A DNA stretch of 25,042 bases from Promethearchaeota archaeon. GTDB lineage: Archaea; Asgardarchaeota; Hermodarchaeia; Hermodarchaeales; Hermodarchaeaceae. The DNA lies in contig JBHLMI010000012.1 in the NCBI GenBank assembly GCA_048938295.1, forward strand, positions 1 to 25,042. Reading direction: 5' to 3'. Both the position numbers and the translations under genes were made by a program. Positions 23,966-25,042 of this stretch are shown here, piece after piece; within the stretch, counting starts at the first letter, position 1, and each line of letters starts with the position of its first letter. Under the pieces are notes generated by a model. That model saw only the letters and a list, made by a program, of their open reading frames with translations. It made no database searches and was not told the origin of the DNA.

Positions 23966-25042
23966 TTAGACCATGCGAAGTTTTCGTAATTCTTGCATTA
24001 ACGCAATTAACTTTCGGTCTCCTGTGGACATGGCTTTCATGAAGATCTTTACTTTCTTCCCGGCGGTTAATCGAACAATAGACTCGCCAGTAACGATGTT
24101 AGCAAGTTTGTCAAGGGTCGCATCTTCAGTTTGCAAGATGAGTTCACGTAGTTTGAGGGATTGGTCGAATTCAGCACCATAGAGTTTCCGCCATTCTTTC
24201 TCGTATTGTTGCAGGTGTTCGGTCGTTACGTTTTCCTTTTTTGCACTTTCAGCAGCGATCCGACCAGCAATACTACCACAGACAATGGCGTAGCCCATTC
24301 CGCCTCCTGTTATTGGATGAATCTGCCCTGCAGCATCACCTACTAAAAGCGCGCCATTCACAACGTTTACTTTGTTAGGTCCACAGACAGGTAACGCACC
24401 TACCCTGGTTTCGATGACCTTGGCGTCGCTAAGTTGTCGCTTAGCAACATCGTGGTGCTTGAGAAAATGGTCTAGATATTCTTTGGCTGTTTTTGTCTCA
24501 ATTCCTCCGCCAATTCCGATGCCTACATTAGCACGTCCATTCCCCTTAGGAAAGATCCAGATATAACCGCGAGGTGAGACTTCACTTCCGAGGAGAAATT
24601 CCATTAAATCGGTGACTTCGAGGTTGCAGTTAGCCATCTCATAGGCAAAACAGGAGTCGATATCATCCGGTTTGTACGCTTTCCTTAGTCCCGTCAATCG
24701 TGCAATCTGGCTGTTCACCCCATCTGCTCCAATTACTACTTGTGCTTTCAGGGTTTGGCGCTGACCATTATGTCTCACAACAACTCCATCGATGGTTTCA
24801 TTAGAGCGAGTGACGTCCAAGACTCGAGCGCCTAACAAGCTATCTGCTCCGGCTTCAGTGGCACGAGCAAAGAGTTCTTTATCAAACACACGACGATCAA
24901 TGATGAAACCACTGGGTTCCTCGCTAGCATAATCAACAGAGACCTGTCCAGGGCTATAGATGCGAAACCCACGTACCGTAGCACGAATGGATTCTTCAGG
25001 AATATCAATTTCCGCAACCCCTGGTCCCGTTTTTCCAATCGC
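23966..25042 (-). CDS. Geranylgeranyl reductase family FAD oxidoreductase (DGGGPL reductase-like), 5' end beyond the window
   Basis: The frame is open to the window edge (AIGKTGPGVAEIDIPEESI...GFIIDRRVFDKEL). Motifs VIGADG, GYIWIFPKG, GALP and LVGDAAGQIHPITGGG. Confidence 0.92.
   Translation of the reverse strand, partial: AIGKTGPGVAEIDIPEESIRATVRGFRIYSPGQVSVDYASEEPSGFIIDRRVFDKELFARATEAGADSLLGARVLDVTRSNETIDGVVVRHNGQRQTLKAQVVIGADGVNSQIARLTGLRKAYKPDDIDSCFAYEMANCNLEVTDLMEFLLGSEVSPRGYIWIFPKGNGRANVGIGIGGGIETKTAKEYLDHFLKHHDVAKRQLSDAKVIETRVGALPVCGPNKVNVVNGALLVGDAAGQIHPITGGGMGYAIVCGSIAGRIAAESAKKENVTTEHLQQYEKEWRKLYGAEFDQSLKLRELILQTEDATLDKLANIVTGESIVRLTAGKKVKIFMKAMSTGDRKLIALMQELRKLRMV

Noticed and set aside
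1-25042. CRISPR array, transposase/IS, tRNA or rRNA genes
   Set aside because: No regularly spaced repeats, transposase motifs, terminal inverted repeats or structural RNA signatures were found on reading the intergenic regions. A tRNAscan/Infernal run would be needed to exclude divergent RNAs.

Overview
Compact, gene-dense archaeal chromosomal window, most consistent with an Asgard archaeon. This is an inference from the co-occurrence of a longin-GTPase fusion, a roadblock-domain protein, an ESCRT-II Vps22/36-like protein, a CdvA-like protein, an archaeal histone, EndA and an archaeal-type GluRS; the lineage cannot be fixed from this window. About 30 CDSs are supported. Housekeeping genes include the MmsA 3' end, a PLP aminotransferase, UppP, DUF47, EndA, an AK6/Fap7-type kinase, GltX and a partial geranylgeranyl reductase. 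No rRNA, tRNA, CRISPR array or transposase was seen. The points most worth follow-up are: (1) a free-standing multi-HTH LAGLIDADG-type gene whose base composition switches abruptly at its second LAGLIDADG motif, suggesting a swapped half-endonuclease; (2) a Zn-ribbon/CdvA-like gene head-to-head with an SPFH gene; (3) an orphan ESCRT-II-like gene behind a sequon-dense membrane protein; (4) an unannotated 51-aa membrane peptide in front of a 4Fe-4S membrane protein; (5) a roadblock-polyproline-winged-helix protein; (6) kb-scale C/A versus G/T strand-skew patches; and (7) a possible anti-SD small RNA. The ORF track gives the wrong strand for 7012..7365 and 16031..16417; both are on the minus strand. 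All family assignments are motif recognition by eye, not database results.
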